DNA of 64,000 bases from an uncultured Chloroflexia bacterium (GCA_963833225.1 CAWHXD010000008.1:800001-864000), one strand, 5' to 3'; positions 39,721 to 50,734 are shown, counted from the first letter of the stretch. Translations and numbers: made by a program. The notes: generated by a model not told the origin, from the letters alone.

Positions 39721-41913
39721 CTAGCGGATGAACAGCGGGGCGAGGACGAGCGTGATGGTGGCGAGCAGCTTGACCAGCACGTGGAGCGACGGGCCGGCGG
39801 TGTCCTTGAACGGATCGCCCACGGTGTCGCCGACGACGGCCGCGGCATGGGCCTCGGAGCCCTTGCCGAGCACGTTGCCGTTCTCGTCCTTGAGGTTGCC
39901 TGACTCGATGTACTTCTTGGCGTTGTCCCAAGCGCCGCCGCCGTTGTTGAGGACGGTGGCCAGCAGGACGCCGGCGATGGTGCCGACCATCAGCAAGCCC
40001 GCGACAGCCTGGTAGCCGAGCAGGAGGCCGACGACGATCGGCGTGGCCACGGCCACGAGGCCGGGCGCGACCATCTCGCGCAGGGCGGCGGCGGTGGTGA
40101 TGTCCACGACCCGGGCGTAATCCGGCTTCTGGGTGTAGTCCATGATCCCGGGCATCTCGCGGAACTGGCGGCGGACCTCGACGATGATCGACTGCGCCGT
40201 CTTGCCGACCGCCCGGATGGCGAGGCTGCTGAAGAAGTAGACGAGCATGGCCCCGATCAGGGCGGCAACGAACACGTTGACGTCGGCCAGGTCGATGGCC
40301 TGCATGATCTCCTTGCCCTGGCGACTGAGGATCAGGTTGACCTTGTCGATGTAGGCCGAGAACAGCAGGAACGCCGCCAGCGAGGCGGATGCGATGGCGT
40401 AGCCCTTGGTCAGCGCCTTGGTGGTGTTGCCCACCGCGTCGAGACGGTCGGTGATCTCGCGAGCGCCGGCCTCGGCGCGGCTGAACTCCGCGATGCCGCC
40501 GGCGTTGTCGGTGATCGGGCCGAAGGTGTCCATCGCCAGGATGTAGGCGGTGGTCATCAGCATGCCCATCGTGGCCACGGCCGTCCCGAAGATGCCGCCC
40601 CGGTCACCCAGCCCCGACTGGGAGCCGAGCCAGTGGCTCGCGATCAGGGCAATGCCGATCGTGATCGCGGTCACGAACGTCGTCTCGTAGCCGACCGCGG
40701 TTCCGCTGATGATGTTGGTGGCCGGGCCTGTCTTGCTGGCCTCGGCGATCTCCCGCACGGGGCGGTACGAGCCTGCCGTGTAGAACTGGGTGATGTAGAC
40801 GAACGCGACGCTCGTGGCCAGGCCGACGACGCCTGCGGCGAAGAACCAGACCCATGTCGCGATGCCGTTGGCGCCGACGCTGCCCGTGGTCTGCATCGTC
40901 TGGCTGGTGACGAACGCCAGCGCGATGACGGACAGGATCGTCGTCGCCCAGTAGCCGCGGTTGAGGATGTTCATCGGGTTCTCATCCTCTTTGCCGCGGA
41001 TGAAGAACGCGACCGAGATGATGGTGGCCAGGAGGCCGAACCCGCGGATGATCAGCGGGAAGAAGATCCAGGCCGACGGGTTGGGCCACCCGGCCGCCTG
41101 CGCGATCGCATACACGCCGACGCCCAGGATCATCGCCCCGATGTTCTCGGCGGCGGTGGACTCGAACAGGTCGGCTCCGCGGCCGGCGCAGTCGCCGACG
41201 TTGTCGCCAACAAGGTCCGCGATCACGCCCGCGTTGCGGGGGTCGTCCTCGGGAATGCCCTTCTCCACCTTGCCCACGAGGTCGGAGCCGACATCCGCGG
41301 CCTTGGTGTAGATGCCGCCGCCGAGCTGGGCGAAGAGGGCGACGAAGCTGGCCCCGAAGCCGAAGCCGACGATGAGGAACGGTGCCTGGGTGACGGTGTC
41401 TCCGTTCAGGCCGCCGAAGGCCGCGAAGATGCCCCACACGCCGAGCAGCGACAGCGCGACGACGAGGAAACCGGAGACGGCGCCACCGCGCATGGCCACC
41501 TGGACCGCCTCGACGACGCTCCGCCGGGCGGCAGCGGCCGTGCGCACGTTGGACTTGACGCTGATGTACATGCCGATGATCCCGGAGGCCATCGAGCACG
41601 CCGCACCCACGAGGAATGCGATCCCGGTCCGGAACCCGAGGTCCACCCCGAAGATGTCGGTGTCGGCGACCGCCTTGGTCTCGAACGCCGTGATCACGAA
41701 GAAGATGATCACGGCACCGACGAGCGCGAGCCCGCCGATGGTCGTGTACTGGCGGCGAATGAAGGCGACCGCGCCCTCGAAGATGATGTCGCCGACGTCC
41801 TGCATGGCCTGGGGGCCCTTGTCCCGGTGGAGGACGTCACGCGCCAGGTAGAGCGCGAACAGGATCGAGGCCACTCCCGCGATCGGGATGAGCCATTGGA
41901 GCGCGTCAGCCAT
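39721..41913 (-). CDS. hppA: Membrane pyrophosphatase, predicted K+-independent H+-pumping
   Basis: GGGIYTKAADVGSDLVGKVE, DNVGD and GDTVGDPFKD. GNTTKA carries the Lys typical of K+-independent enzymes. Confidence 0.95.
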   Translation of the reverse strand: MADALQWLIPIAGVASILFALYLARDVLHRDKGPQAMQDVGDIIFEGAVAFIRRQYTTIGGLALVGAVIIFFVITAFETKAVADTDIFGVDLGFRTGIAFLVGAACSMASGIIGMYISVKSNVRTAAAARRSVVEAVQVAMRGGAVSGFLVVALSLLGVWGIFAAFGGLNGDTVTQAPFLIVGFGFGASFVALFAQLGGGIYTKAADVGSDLVGKVEKGIPEDDPRNAGVIADLVGDNVGDCAGRGADLFESTAAENIGAMILGVGVYAIAQAAGWPNPSAWIFFPLIIRGFGLLATIISVAFFIRGKEDENPMNILNRGYWATTILSVIALAFVTSQTMQTTGSVGANGIATWVWFFAAGVVGLATSVAFVYITQFYTAGSYRPVREIAEASKTGPATNIISGTAVGYETTFVTAITIGIALIASHWLGSQSGLGDRGGIFGTAVATMGMLMTTAYILAMDTFGPITDNAGGIAEFSRAEAGAREITDRLDAVGNTTKALTKGYAIASASLAAFLLFSAYIDKVNLILSRQGKEIMQAIDLADVNVFVAALIGAMLVYFFSSLAIRAVGKTAQSIIVEVRRQFREMPGIMDYTQKPDYARVVDITTAAALREMVAPGLVAVATPIVVGLLLGYQAVAGLLMVGTIAGVLLATVLNNGGGAWDNAKKYIESGNLKDENGNVLGKGSEAHAAAVVGDTVGDPFKDTAGPSLHVLVKLLATITLVLAPLFIR

Positions 41914-42086
41914 CAGGGTCTGCAGTGCCTCCTACCCGGGTTCAGAGAACGCCGTGATTCGCGTGTTGACTCATCGTGGCGGCGAGCCCCGCGGGTCCAA
42001 ACGGGCGCGGAGCGCCCGCGTGATGACGTGGGCATAGACGCTGGCGGGGGTTCGGAACGCAGGGGAACCGCCGCGCCGGCAGCGGG

Positions 42087-42116
42087 AGTGTATGCGTGCG
42101 CGGACGCACGGGTCAA
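42087..42116 (-). promoter_or_regulatory. Sigma70-type promoter of hppA
   Basis: TTGACC, 18 nt spacer, TACACT; implies a ~165-nt 5' UTR ending in SD AGGAGG. Confidence 0.6.
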
Positions 42117-42283
42117 ACGACTTCCGGGCCCCCAGTGGATGGCATGCAGGGGACCTCCGGACGATGCATCGTGGCCGCCACCACGATCGCGCGGGCCGGA
42201 TGGCCCTACCCGCCGACACCTGCCGGCGCATCCCGGGCACCAGCCGCCCGGATGGAGGGCCCCGACCCCTATACTCCCCGCTC

Positions 42284-42877
42284 GTGGACCGTCGCTCCAG
42301 CATCGGGTGTCTCGTCGAGATCGTCGAGACCCTCGTCCTCACCCTGATCATCTTCTTCGTCATCCAGAACTTCATCGCGCAGCCGTACCAGGTACAGCAG
42401 AACTCGATGGAGCGGACCCTGGAGCCGGGGCAGTACGTGCTGGTCGACAAGCTGACCCCCCGCTGGGATCCCTACAGCCGGGGCGACGTGATCGTGTTCA
42501 ACCCGCCGTCGACCTGGACGGCCGACACCACCCCGTTCATCAAGCGGGTCATCGGGGTGCCCGGGGACACGGTGGCCATCCGGGACGACGGGTTCGTGTA
42601 CGTCAACGGGGTCCGGCTCGATGAGCCCTACACGTACCGCAACAGCGCGGGGCTCAACGAGCCGACCGAGGTCTCGCCCGACCAGACGCGCTGGGTGGTG
42701 CCCGAGGGCGAACTGTTCGTGATGGGTGATCACCGCCAGGCGTCCGCGGACTCGCGCGTGTTCGGGCCGATCAGCGTCACCGCCGTGGTCGGACGCGCGT
42801 TCCTGCGGTACTGGCCCTTCGACACCGTCGGGATCCTTGCGACGCCCGTCTACCCGGGCGTCCCCGCGACGCCCTGA
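42284..42877 (+). CDS. lepB: Signal peptidase I
   Basis: NSMERTL (Ser), FIKRVIGVPGD (Lys) and GDHR..SADSR. Confidence 0.95.
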   Translation: MDRRSSIGCLVEIVETLVLTLIIFFVIQNFIAQPYQVQQNSMERTLEPGQYVLVDKLTPRWDPYSRGDVIVFNPPSTWTADTTPFIKRVIGVPGDTVAIRDDGFVYVNGVRLDEPYTYRNSAGLNEPTEVSPDQTRWVVPEGELFVMGDHRQASADSRVFGPISVTAVVGRAFLRYWPFDTVGILATPVYPGVPATP

Positions 42878-42894
42878 CGGGCGAGCCGCGAGCC

Positions 42895-43620
42895 ATGACC
42901 CCCGTCCTGATCTTCGTCTCCGGCCTCCTGGTCGTGGGTGGGGTCGCGGCCGTCGCCGCCAGCACCCCGCGGGCGGCCGTCCTGGGGCTGCTGCTGGCCC
43001 TTGCCGGCGCCGCCTATGTCGTGGAACCCGTTCCGGGCCCCCTGGCCCTGGGCGTCCGGCTGGCCGGGACCACCCTGGGCGCGTACCTGGTGTGGATCGC
43101 GCTCCGTCGCGCGCCCGGCACGCTCCCGGCGTCGAGTGCTGGCTGGGCTGGATCGGTGGTCATCGCCGTCGCCGGGTTCGCGGCCGGGTTCCTGGCAGCC
43201 GGGACGCTGGGCGTGGCGCTGGCCGGCGGCTCGCCGGAGGGCCCCGGGACCGGTGGGATTGCCGCAGCGCTCATCGAGGGCTCGCTCGTGCCTCGTGCGG
43301 CCCTTGGAGCCGCGTTCGCCCTGGTTGCCCTCGGGCTGCCCCAGGTGGTCCTCGCCCGGGACACGCTGCGTCTCGGCGTTGGGCTGATGCTCCTCCTGGC
43401 CGCAACCGGTCTGGCGTCCAATGCGCTCTATGGCCTGCCGGATCCGGTCGAGGACCTGTCGCTGGCCGTGCTGACCGCGATCGCGGGCGCCGGGACCGCG
43501 GCTCTCGTGGCGGCGTCGATCCGGCGCGGCGGCGAGCTGGTGATCCGGGACAGCCTTCGCCCCGACGCACCCATCCGGCATCGCGCGGCCGACGAGGCCC
43601 ACCGCACCGGGGCGCCCTGA
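42895..43620 (+). CDS. Membrane protein resembling NuoJ/NuoK (HyfE-like) segments
   Basis: About 7 TM segments; the C-half LGLPQVVLARDTLRLGVGLMLL resembles NuoK/MrpC. Family assignment is tentative. Confidence 0.5.
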   Translation: MTPVLIFVSGLLVVGGVAAVAASTPRAAVLGLLLALAGAAYVVEPVPGPLALGVRLAGTTLGAYLVWIALRRAPGTLPASSAGWAGSVVIAVAGFAAGFLAAGTLGVALAGGSPEGPGTGGIAAALIEGSLVPRAALGAAFALVALGLPQVVLARDTLRLGVGLMLLLAATGLASNALYGLPDPVEDLSLAVLTAIAGAGTAALVAASIRRGGELVIRDSLRPDAPIRHRAADEAHRTGAP

Positions 43621-43623
43621 GCG

Positions 43624-45591
43624 ATGCGCCTTCTCGTGTTGCTCGCCATCGGCATGATCGGGGCGCTGGTGTCCGCCTGGGGCCTGCGGCGGGACGGCCG
43701 CGTCGCGCGGCTTTCCGCCCTGGTGGGGGTGCTGGCGCTGGCGGCGGTCACGTTCGCGGTGCTCCTCCTCCGCGACGGGCCGCCGTCACGGACACGTGGC
43801 CAGGCCGATCACTGGACCCTTCGACGCGCACCTCGTGGTCACGGACTTCCTCCGCATGGTCGTGGGCCTGTGGGGCCTCGAGAGCCTGCTGCTGGTCGCT
43901 GTCGCCTGGCTCCTGGGCGGGCTCGCCACGGCTGCGCGGCCTGCTCCCGGCGACGCTCGCCGCGCTGACCGGGCGGCACCGTGGCCATGGCCTCTGCGGA
44001 CCTCGCCGTGGGTGCCGCCGCGGCGGCCGCGACGGGGCTGGCACCGTTGCTGGTGATCCTCGCCGCGCAGGGACCGTCCGCCGTCGCGGCGGGGCGCGCG
44101 CGAGCTGCGCGTGACGCTCGTGGCGGGTGTCGTCGCTGCTCGTCGCGATGGCGGTCGTGCCGCTGGCGCGCGCAGCTTGCGTTGCATCGCCTCCGGCGTG
44201 GGCCTGGACGAGGCGACCGAAGCGGCGTCAGCCGGTGGCGGGGCCGGCCATGGGGCTGGTGACCCTCGCGGTCGGGGGCGCGATCGCGGCCCGCTGGGGG
44301 ATGCTTCCGTTCCACGTGCGCGTCTCCCGGCTGACGGACCTCGTGCCTCCCGAGACGCTCCCGCTGCTGCTCGCCTGGTCGGCCGTACCGCTGACCGTGG
44401 TCGCGTTCGCCGCGGTGGACCGGTTGATCGCCCCGCTGGCGCTGCCGCTCGATGGCGAGCGGGCGATCCTCGCTGCTGGCCGCCGTCACGACGCTGGCCG
44501 GCGCGTCGCTGGCGGCATTCTTCCACGATGACCTGCGGCACGCGGTCGGCTACCTGGTCATCGCCGATGCGGGGCTGCTGCTGCTCGCGATCGCGGCGCT
44601 CGATCCCGACGCCTGGGGACCCGGACGTGCCTGGGTGGTCGCGCTGGCGGCGTCGAAGACCGCACTCGGCGCCTGGGCGGCCGTGACCGAGGACCGGTTC
44701 GAGACCCGGAGCCTGCCCGAGCTGCGGGGCTGGATGCGTCGCTCACCGCTGCTCTCGGCCGCCCTGGTGATCACCGCGGTCGCCACGTTCGGCCTGCCGG
44801 GCTGGGTTGCCCTCCAGGCGCGGGCCGACCTGGCCACGGGTGTCTGGGGCTCGCCATGGAGCGAGCTGCTGCTGCTGGCCGGCTTCCTCACCCTGCCGAC
44901 CTACCTGCGGTTCGCGAGCCTCGGGCTCGGCCGCGTGACCAGCCGGGTGGACCGGGCCGCTCCCGAGCGGATCGTGCGCCGCCGCAAGCCCCTCGAATCG
45001 CTGCGGGTCGAGCAGGAGGGCCCGGAGGGGACAACCCTGGTGGGCGGTGAGACCGCCACCGGCCCCGCGGTCGTCGCCACCTCGGTGGCCAGGTCCGCGG
45101 CGGCGGGAGCCAGGGTGGGCCTCGACCGGGCGGTGGCCGTGACCCGCGGGGCGGCGGCGTCCGCCCGGGGTGCCCTGGCCCGGCGTCCATCAGGTGCTGA
45201 CGTCGCGGGAGACAGCGCGCCTGGCTCGGGCATGCCGATGCCGGACGACGCGAGGACCACGACCGACGCCCAACCGGCCGAGGCGATCGAGGCGATCGAG
45301 CTGCGAGAGCAGACCGGTGCGGCCTCTCCGTCGTCGGCTGCCCCGACCGCTACGAGTGCCTCGAGCCGGCCGCGGACCCGGGCGCGCACCAGCCTGCCGG
45401 GTGCCCGGGCGCGCGCGAGCGCTGCCGGCGCCCGGTTCGCCGGGCTGCTACGGCGCGATCGGACCGAGCTCCTGTCGGGTGCGGTCCTGGCGCTCGCAAT
45501 CCTCGCCGCGCTCACGAGCTGGGGCGTGCTCGATCTCTCGCGCGCCGCCGCCGAGCCCGCACCGATCATCGTGAGCGGGACGACGGACTAG
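43624..45591 (+). CDS. Proton-conducting membrane transporter-like protein (NuoN/MrpD family), frameshifted
   Basis: RWGMLPFHV, DDLRHAVGYLVIAD, LPELRGW.RRSP and FGLPGW..R are antiporter-like motifs spread across several frames. Confidence 0.7.
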
Positions 45592-45671
45592 GATCCCGGG
45601 CCGGCGGCTGCCGCCTGCCTGGCTGCCGCCCGGCTGCAGGCGCTGGAACGCTGGGCTGTCGAGGCGCCGGC

Positions 45672-46139
45672 CTACTCCCCCGGGGCGAGCACCCAGCGGT
45701 CGATCTCGCGGTCGTAGCTGAGCAGCTCCTCGGGGCGGAACCAGAGGGCGAGCTCCGCGGCGGCATTTTCGGGGCTGTCCGACGCGTGGACCAGGTTCTG
45801 GGCGGTCTCCACCGCGAAGTCGCCCCGGATGGAGCCCGGGGCCGCCTCGTGGGGGCGCGTCGCGCCGTTCATGGCGCGGACGATGGCGATCGCGTTCGGC
45901 GCCTCGAGCGCCGCGGCGACGAGCGGGCCCGAGGTGATGAACTCCACCAGGCCCCGGAAGAATGGCTTCTCGCTGTGGACCGCGTAGTGCTCCTCGGCAA
46001 GCGCACGGTCAACCTGGACCAGCTTGAGCCCGACGAGCTTGAGGCCCCGCTCCTCGAACCGGGCCAGGACGCGGCCCACGAGCTGGCGCTGGACGCCGTC
46101 AGGCTTGACGAGGAGCAGGGTTCGCTGGAGTTCCGGCAT
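45672..46139 (-). CDS. ndk: Nucleoside diphosphate kinase
   Basis: KPDGVQR, PGSIRGDF and NLVHASDS. Confidence 0.97.
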   Translation of the reverse strand: MPELQRTLLLVKPDGVQRQLVGRVLARFEERGLKLVGLKLVQVDRALAEEHYAVHSEKPFFRGLVEFITSGPLVAAALEAPNAIAIVRAMNGATRPHEAAPGSIRGDFAVETAQNLVHASDSPENAAAELALWFRPEELLSYDREIDRWVLAPGE

Positions 46140-46267
46140 TGAAGATTGGCCCTCGGACTTCCGCTGGGCGACGCCGGACGTGCCGGGATCGCGATGACTT
46201 CTCGGGTGGGAGCACAGGGTAGCGCGAGCGCGGCGGTCGCTGCGCGTCGGGGAGGCCCGCGACGGGG

Positions 46268-47130
46268 TCAGCCTGGGCCCGCCTCCTGGTCTGGCTCCGG
46301 GCGGCGCGCGCGGTCGTAGCTGGCCGCCGCTTCCTGGTCGCGCCCGAGCAGGCGCAGTGCGTCTCCGGCGACCAGCCCCAGCAACGGGGCCGATCCCCCA
46401 TCGCCGATCGCCGCCAGGATGTCCTCGGCGAGCTGCGGGTCGAGACGGATCGCGAGCGACAGGCCCAGGGCCGCCCCGGCGACGTCACCCGTCGCCAGCG
46501 CGGCGCGACCATCCGCCGAGCGCCTCGAGCGCCACCGACGCATTGACCTCGGACGACACCTCGGCCGTCACCGGCACCGGCGCCTCGGGCGACAGCTCCG
46601 CCGGCACGTCGGCCGTCACCGGAACCTCGGCCGGCATCGCGGCCGTCACCGGCACCGCGACACCCGCCTCACCCGCGTCCGCGTCCTCACCCGCCTCACC
46701 CGCGTCCGCGTCCGCATCTGCGTCCGCAGCCGGCACCGGTGCCATCGCCGCCCGCGGATCGCCGGGCCAGACCGCGCTCCGGGGCATCCCGGCAAACAGC
46801 GCGTCGAGCGTCGTTCCCAGGTCCTCGAGCGCCCTGCCGGCGAGGTCGTCGGCCTCCGCGTGGCGGCCCCTGGCGGCGGCCGCCTCCGCCGCGATGACAA
46901 GGGCCAGGGGGTCGTCGACGCCGCCCTCGAGGGCCCTGTCGGCCGACTCGCCGGCGCGCGCCAGGTCCCCCGTCCGCCAGCGGGCCTCGGCGAGGTCGAG
47001 CAGGCGCGGACGCATCGAGCGCTCCGCTGCCGTCGATGAGCTCCAGCTCGGCCCGAGCCAGGGCGAGCGAGCCCATCCGCAGGTGAAGATGCGCGAGGCG
47101 GAGGGCGATGGGCCGGTCGCTGGGCGTCAT
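46268..47130 (-). CDS. TPR-like helical hypothetical protein with low-complexity linker (frameshifted)
   Basis: LARAELE, LLDLAEARWRTGD, PVTA repeats and AGDALRLLGR. ATGA-coupled to the M16 peptidase. Confidence 0.6.
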
Positions 47131-48396
47131 CGGGCCAGCCTGAGGTGGCGATCCAGCCCGCGCAGGTGGCGGCTCGGGGCGACCACGGCCATCCGCAGGC
47201 GATCCTCCCGGAACAGCTCGTCGGCCAGCCGCCGGATGTCCTCGGACCGGACGGCGGCGACCGCTTCGAGCGCCTCGTCAAGCGTGAACACCCGGTCGTG
47301 GAGCGCCTCCTGGCCACCGACCCATGACGCCAGGTGGCGCGTGTCGTCCATGCGCAGCTCGAGACCGCCGGACAGGTACGCCTTGGCCTTGGCCAGCTCA
47401 TCGGCTGGAACGATCTCGTCCGGTCATCCTCGTCAGCTCGGCGAGGATGGCTTCGATGGCCGCCGGCAGGTTGACCGGATCCACGCCCGCGGAGATCTCC
47501 ACGGCCCCGGCGTCCGCGTACTCCACGACCCCGGAGCTCACGTCGTAGGCGAGCCCCTTCTCCTCCCGCACCCCGAGGAACAGCCGGCTCGACATCCCGT
47601 CCCCCAGCACCGCGTTGAGGACGGCGAGGTTCCAGGCGTCGGGATGATCGCGCCGAAGACCGGGGACGGAGATGGCGAGCTGGGCCTGCGAGGTGTCGCG
47701 GCGACCGACCATGACCCGCGGGCCGGCGGGCAGGGCCGGCGCGGGGGCCGCGGCCGGCACCGTCCCGTTCCCGGTCCCGAACGCGGCGAGCGCGAGCTCC
47801 ACGGCCTCCTCGTGATCCAGGTCACCGGCGACCGCGACCACCGTGTTGGCCGGCCGGTAGAGCGCGCCCCAGAAGTCGCGGATCGCGCCCGCCGGAAGAT
47901 CCCGGATCCCCTGCTCATCGCCGCAGATCTCGCGGCCCAGGGGCCCCTCGCCAAAGAGCGCCGTCTGGATCAGCATCTGGACGTATTCGGCCGGGTCGTC
48001 GAGGTAGGAGCGGATCTCCTCGATGATCACCGTCCGCTCCTGGTCGATGTCCGCCTCGGCAAGGCGTGGCCGCACGACCAGCTCGCCCAGCACGTCCATC
48101 GCCCGGCTCGCCTCGCGTCGGGGCACCCGGGCCCAGTAGACGGTGGACTCCCGGTCGGTGGCGGCATTCGCCGACCCGCCCACGCCTTCGATCGCCTCGC
48201 TGATCGCGCGGCTCGACGGATAGCGCGACGTGCCCTTGAACGTGAGGTGCTCCATGAAGTGGGCGACGCCGGCGTCGGCGGTGGACTCCAGGCGCGAGCC
48301 GGCCAGCACGTACGCGGCCACCGACACGGACCGGGAGGCCGGCAGGCGGGCCGAGATGACGCGCGGCCCGTCGGGCAGCTGGGTGCGGTGGAACAT
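47127..48396 (-). CDS. M16-family zinc peptidase (frameshift near 47410)
   Basis: HFMEH inverted zinc motif, ERTVIIEE and SSRLF..VREEKGLAY. Confidence 0.92.
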
Positions 48397-48424
48397 CGAC
48401 TCGATGGTAGCCCCTGAATTCGAA

Positions 48425-48451
48425 GACCGGCGGCCTCGAGGGCCGCCGGTC
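48425..48451 (-). terminator. Hairpin after the NCS2 permease
   Basis: 11-bp perfect stem GACCGGCGGCC/GGCCGCCGGTC with a weak U tract. Confidence 0.55.
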
Positions 48452-48498
48452 GGTTGGTCGTGCGCCGGTTCCGCTGTGCGCGGCCCGGCCCGCGGACC

Positions 48499-49845
48499 CT
48501 ACTTCCCGATGGACAGGATCCACGGGTAGAGGAAGAAGACCAGGAAGGCGATGGTCACGACCCACATCAGCGGGTGGACCTCGCCGATCTTGCCCTTGAC
48601 CACCTTGATCAGCACCCAGGCGATGAACCCGGCGCCGATGCCGACGGTGATGTCGTAGGTGAGCGGCATCAGGATCAGCGTCAGGAGGGCCGGGATGCCG
48701 TCCTCGACGTTGGTGACGTCGATGCCCTTGATCTGGGTGAACATCAGGTAGCCGACGAGCACCAGGGCGGGGGCCGTGGCGACGCCGGGGATGATGCCCG
48801 CGATCGGCGCCAGCAGGATCGCGAGCAGGAACAGGACGCCGGTCACGATGGACGCGAAGCCCGTCCGGCCGCCCTCGGCCACGCCCGCGGCGGATTCGAT
48901 GTACGTCGTGTTGGAGCTGACGCCGGCGAAACCGCCGATCGCGGCTGCCGCGGAGTCGACGAGCAGCACGCGGCCGACGTCCGGCACCGACCCATCCTCG
49001 TTGGCAAGACCCGCCTCCGACGCGACGCCGGTCACGGTGCCCATGGTGTCGAAGAAGTCGGTGAGCATGATCGAGAACACGGTCAGGATCGCGGCCAGCG
49101 GGGCCAGCTTGGCGAACACCTCGAACGGGTCGACCGCGCCGAGCGTGCTGAACGACGGCGTCAGCACGAACGAGGTCGGCATCGACGTCACGCCCGCGAT
49201 GAGCGCGATCACCGTCGTCACCAGGATGCTGATCACGAGCGCGGCCCGGATCTTGAGCACCCACAGGACCACGGTCAGGATCAGGCCGATCCAGAACACG
49301 AAGTCGGCCGCCGTCGTCGGCGCATGGAACGTCACCAGGGTCGCCGGCATGTTCGCCACGACGAACCCGCCGTTGGCGAAGCCGATGAACAGGATGAACA
49401 GGCCGATGCCCACGCCGATGGACTTCTTGAGCGCCAGCGGTACGGCGTTCATGACCGCTTCCCGGAAGCCGACCAGCACCAGGACGAAGACCAGCAGGCC
49501 CTCGAGCAGGATCACGCCCATCGCGCCGGCGGGCGACAGGCCCTGCCCGGTCAGCGAGTAGGCCACGATCCCGTTGATGCCGAGGCCGGCGGCCAGGGCG
49601 AGCGGGTAGTTGCCGATCGCCCCCATCGCGATGGTCATCAGGCCGGCGATCAGGGCCGTGCCGGCCGACAGGGCGACCGCGGTGAAGCGCGCGTCGCCGG
49701 CGGACTCGAACCCACCCATCAGGATGATGGGGTTGAGGAAGATGATGTAGGCCATGACCATGAACGTGGTCAGTCCGGCCCGGGTCTCTGTCGCGAACGT
49801 CGTCCCACGCTCGTCGAACTTGAAGTACTGCGCGATTGCGCTCAT
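48499..49845 (-). CDS. NCS2/AzgA-type purine permease
   Basis: AGLTTFMVMAYI, DFFDTMGT, YIESAAGVAEGGRTG and MPLTY. Confidence 0.93.
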   Translation of the reverse strand: MSAIAQYFKFDERGTTFATETRAGLTTFMVMAYIIFLNPIILMGGFESAGDARFTAVALSAGTALIAGLMTIAMGAIGNYPLALAAGLGINGIVAYSLTGQGLSPAGAMGVILLEGLLVFVLVLVGFREAVMNAVPLALKKSIGVGIGLFILFIGFANGGFVVANMPATLVTFHAPTTAADFVFWIGLILTVVLWVLKIRAALVISILVTTVIALIAGVTSMPTSFVLTPSFSTLGAVDPFEVFAKLAPLAAILTVFSIMLTDFFDTMGTVTGVASEAGLANEDGSVPDVGRVLLVDSAAAAIGGFAGVSSNTTYIESAAGVAEGGRTGFASIVTGVLFLLAILLAPIAGIIPGVATAPALVLVGYLMFTQIKGIDVTNVEDGIPALLTLILMPLTYDITVGIGAGFIAWVLIKVVKGKIGEVHPLMWVVTIAFLVFFLYPWILSIGK

Positions 49846-49941
49846 CGCGGTTCTGTCGATGCCTCCCTCGCTGTGGTTCCGGCTCCCTCACCGGTCCCCG
49901 CGGGGACATCCCGCGGAGTGTCGCCCCCGTTGGCTCCCCGA

Positions 49942-50373
49942 CTAGTCCTCCGCCCCGTCCAGGCCCAGCAGCTCCATCTGGACGAAGCCGCCCAGGTCGA
50001 GCTCCAGCTGGCGGGCCGCCAACGGTCCCTCTCCGTCGTCGGCGTGACCTGGCACGTACTCGATGACCACCCGCTCGTCGCCCTGGACCAGGGTGTAGAC
50101 GAGCAGCTGGTCGGCGCGCGTCTCGAACTCGAGGTGCTCGAACGAGTCCACGTTGATCGTGATCGAGATCGGCGTGAAGTACGTCGACATCTCGGGCTCG
50201 TCGGCGACGATCCGCTCGACCCAGCCGGTCCCATGCGCAACCAGCTCCCGCAGCCGGTAGTACCGGTAGGAGACGGTCTGCTTGAGGATCGGGCGGAGCA
50301 GGTGCTGGACGTCGGTCCGACTGGTCACGAGACCCGAGTTGACGAAGAACTTCGCGGGCGGTTCGCTCGCCAC
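49942..50373 (-). CDS. Hypothetical protein
   Basis: Protein-like composition (FFVNSG...INVDSFEHLEF); GTG start after SD-like GGAG. Confidence 0.7.
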   Translation of the reverse strand: MASEPPAKFFVNSGLVTSRTDVQHLLRPILKQTVSYRYYRLRELVAHGTGWVERIVADEPEMSTYFTPISITINVDSFEHLEFETRADQLLVYTLVQGDERVVIEYVPGHADDGEGPLAARQLELDLGGFVQMELLGLDGAED

Positions 50374-50734
50374 GGTGGGCTCCAACCTCGTGCTCGAAAG
50401 GGGCTGGACAAGCGGTTCGCCGCGCCGCCTTCCCGGGGCGTCACGACAATGTCCGGATGCTACCCGACGGAGCGGGTTGCGGGCAGGTGACATTCGCACC
50501 TGCCGTAGGCCCCGCCGGGCGTCGACACACCCCGGCGGTCATCGCGGGCGGGCATGTCCGGCAGGAAGCCTGTCGGGGCGTTGCCCCCCAGTCCACCGAA
50601 TCGCCGCTGGTCACCCGGCGGGCACCCTCCCGACTCGAAACCGTGGCCTCCGGGTCCACGAAGCCACCCGCGAAGGGGAAATCGAGGCCCCGGGGGCATC
50701 GAATCCGGGGGTCCGGATGGACCAAGCCGGGTTT

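Noticed and set aside
49846-49941. Purine riboswitch before the NCS2 permease
   Set aside because: Only a GC hairpin is present; the purine aptamer core motifs are absent.
50630-50720. Permuted tmRNA-like arrangement on the minus strand (GGATTCGAT...GGCCTC / GAGGCC...GGTTTCGA)
   Set aside because: No G3-U70 pair, no CCA, an irregular T arm and no tag frame ending in Ala-Ala.
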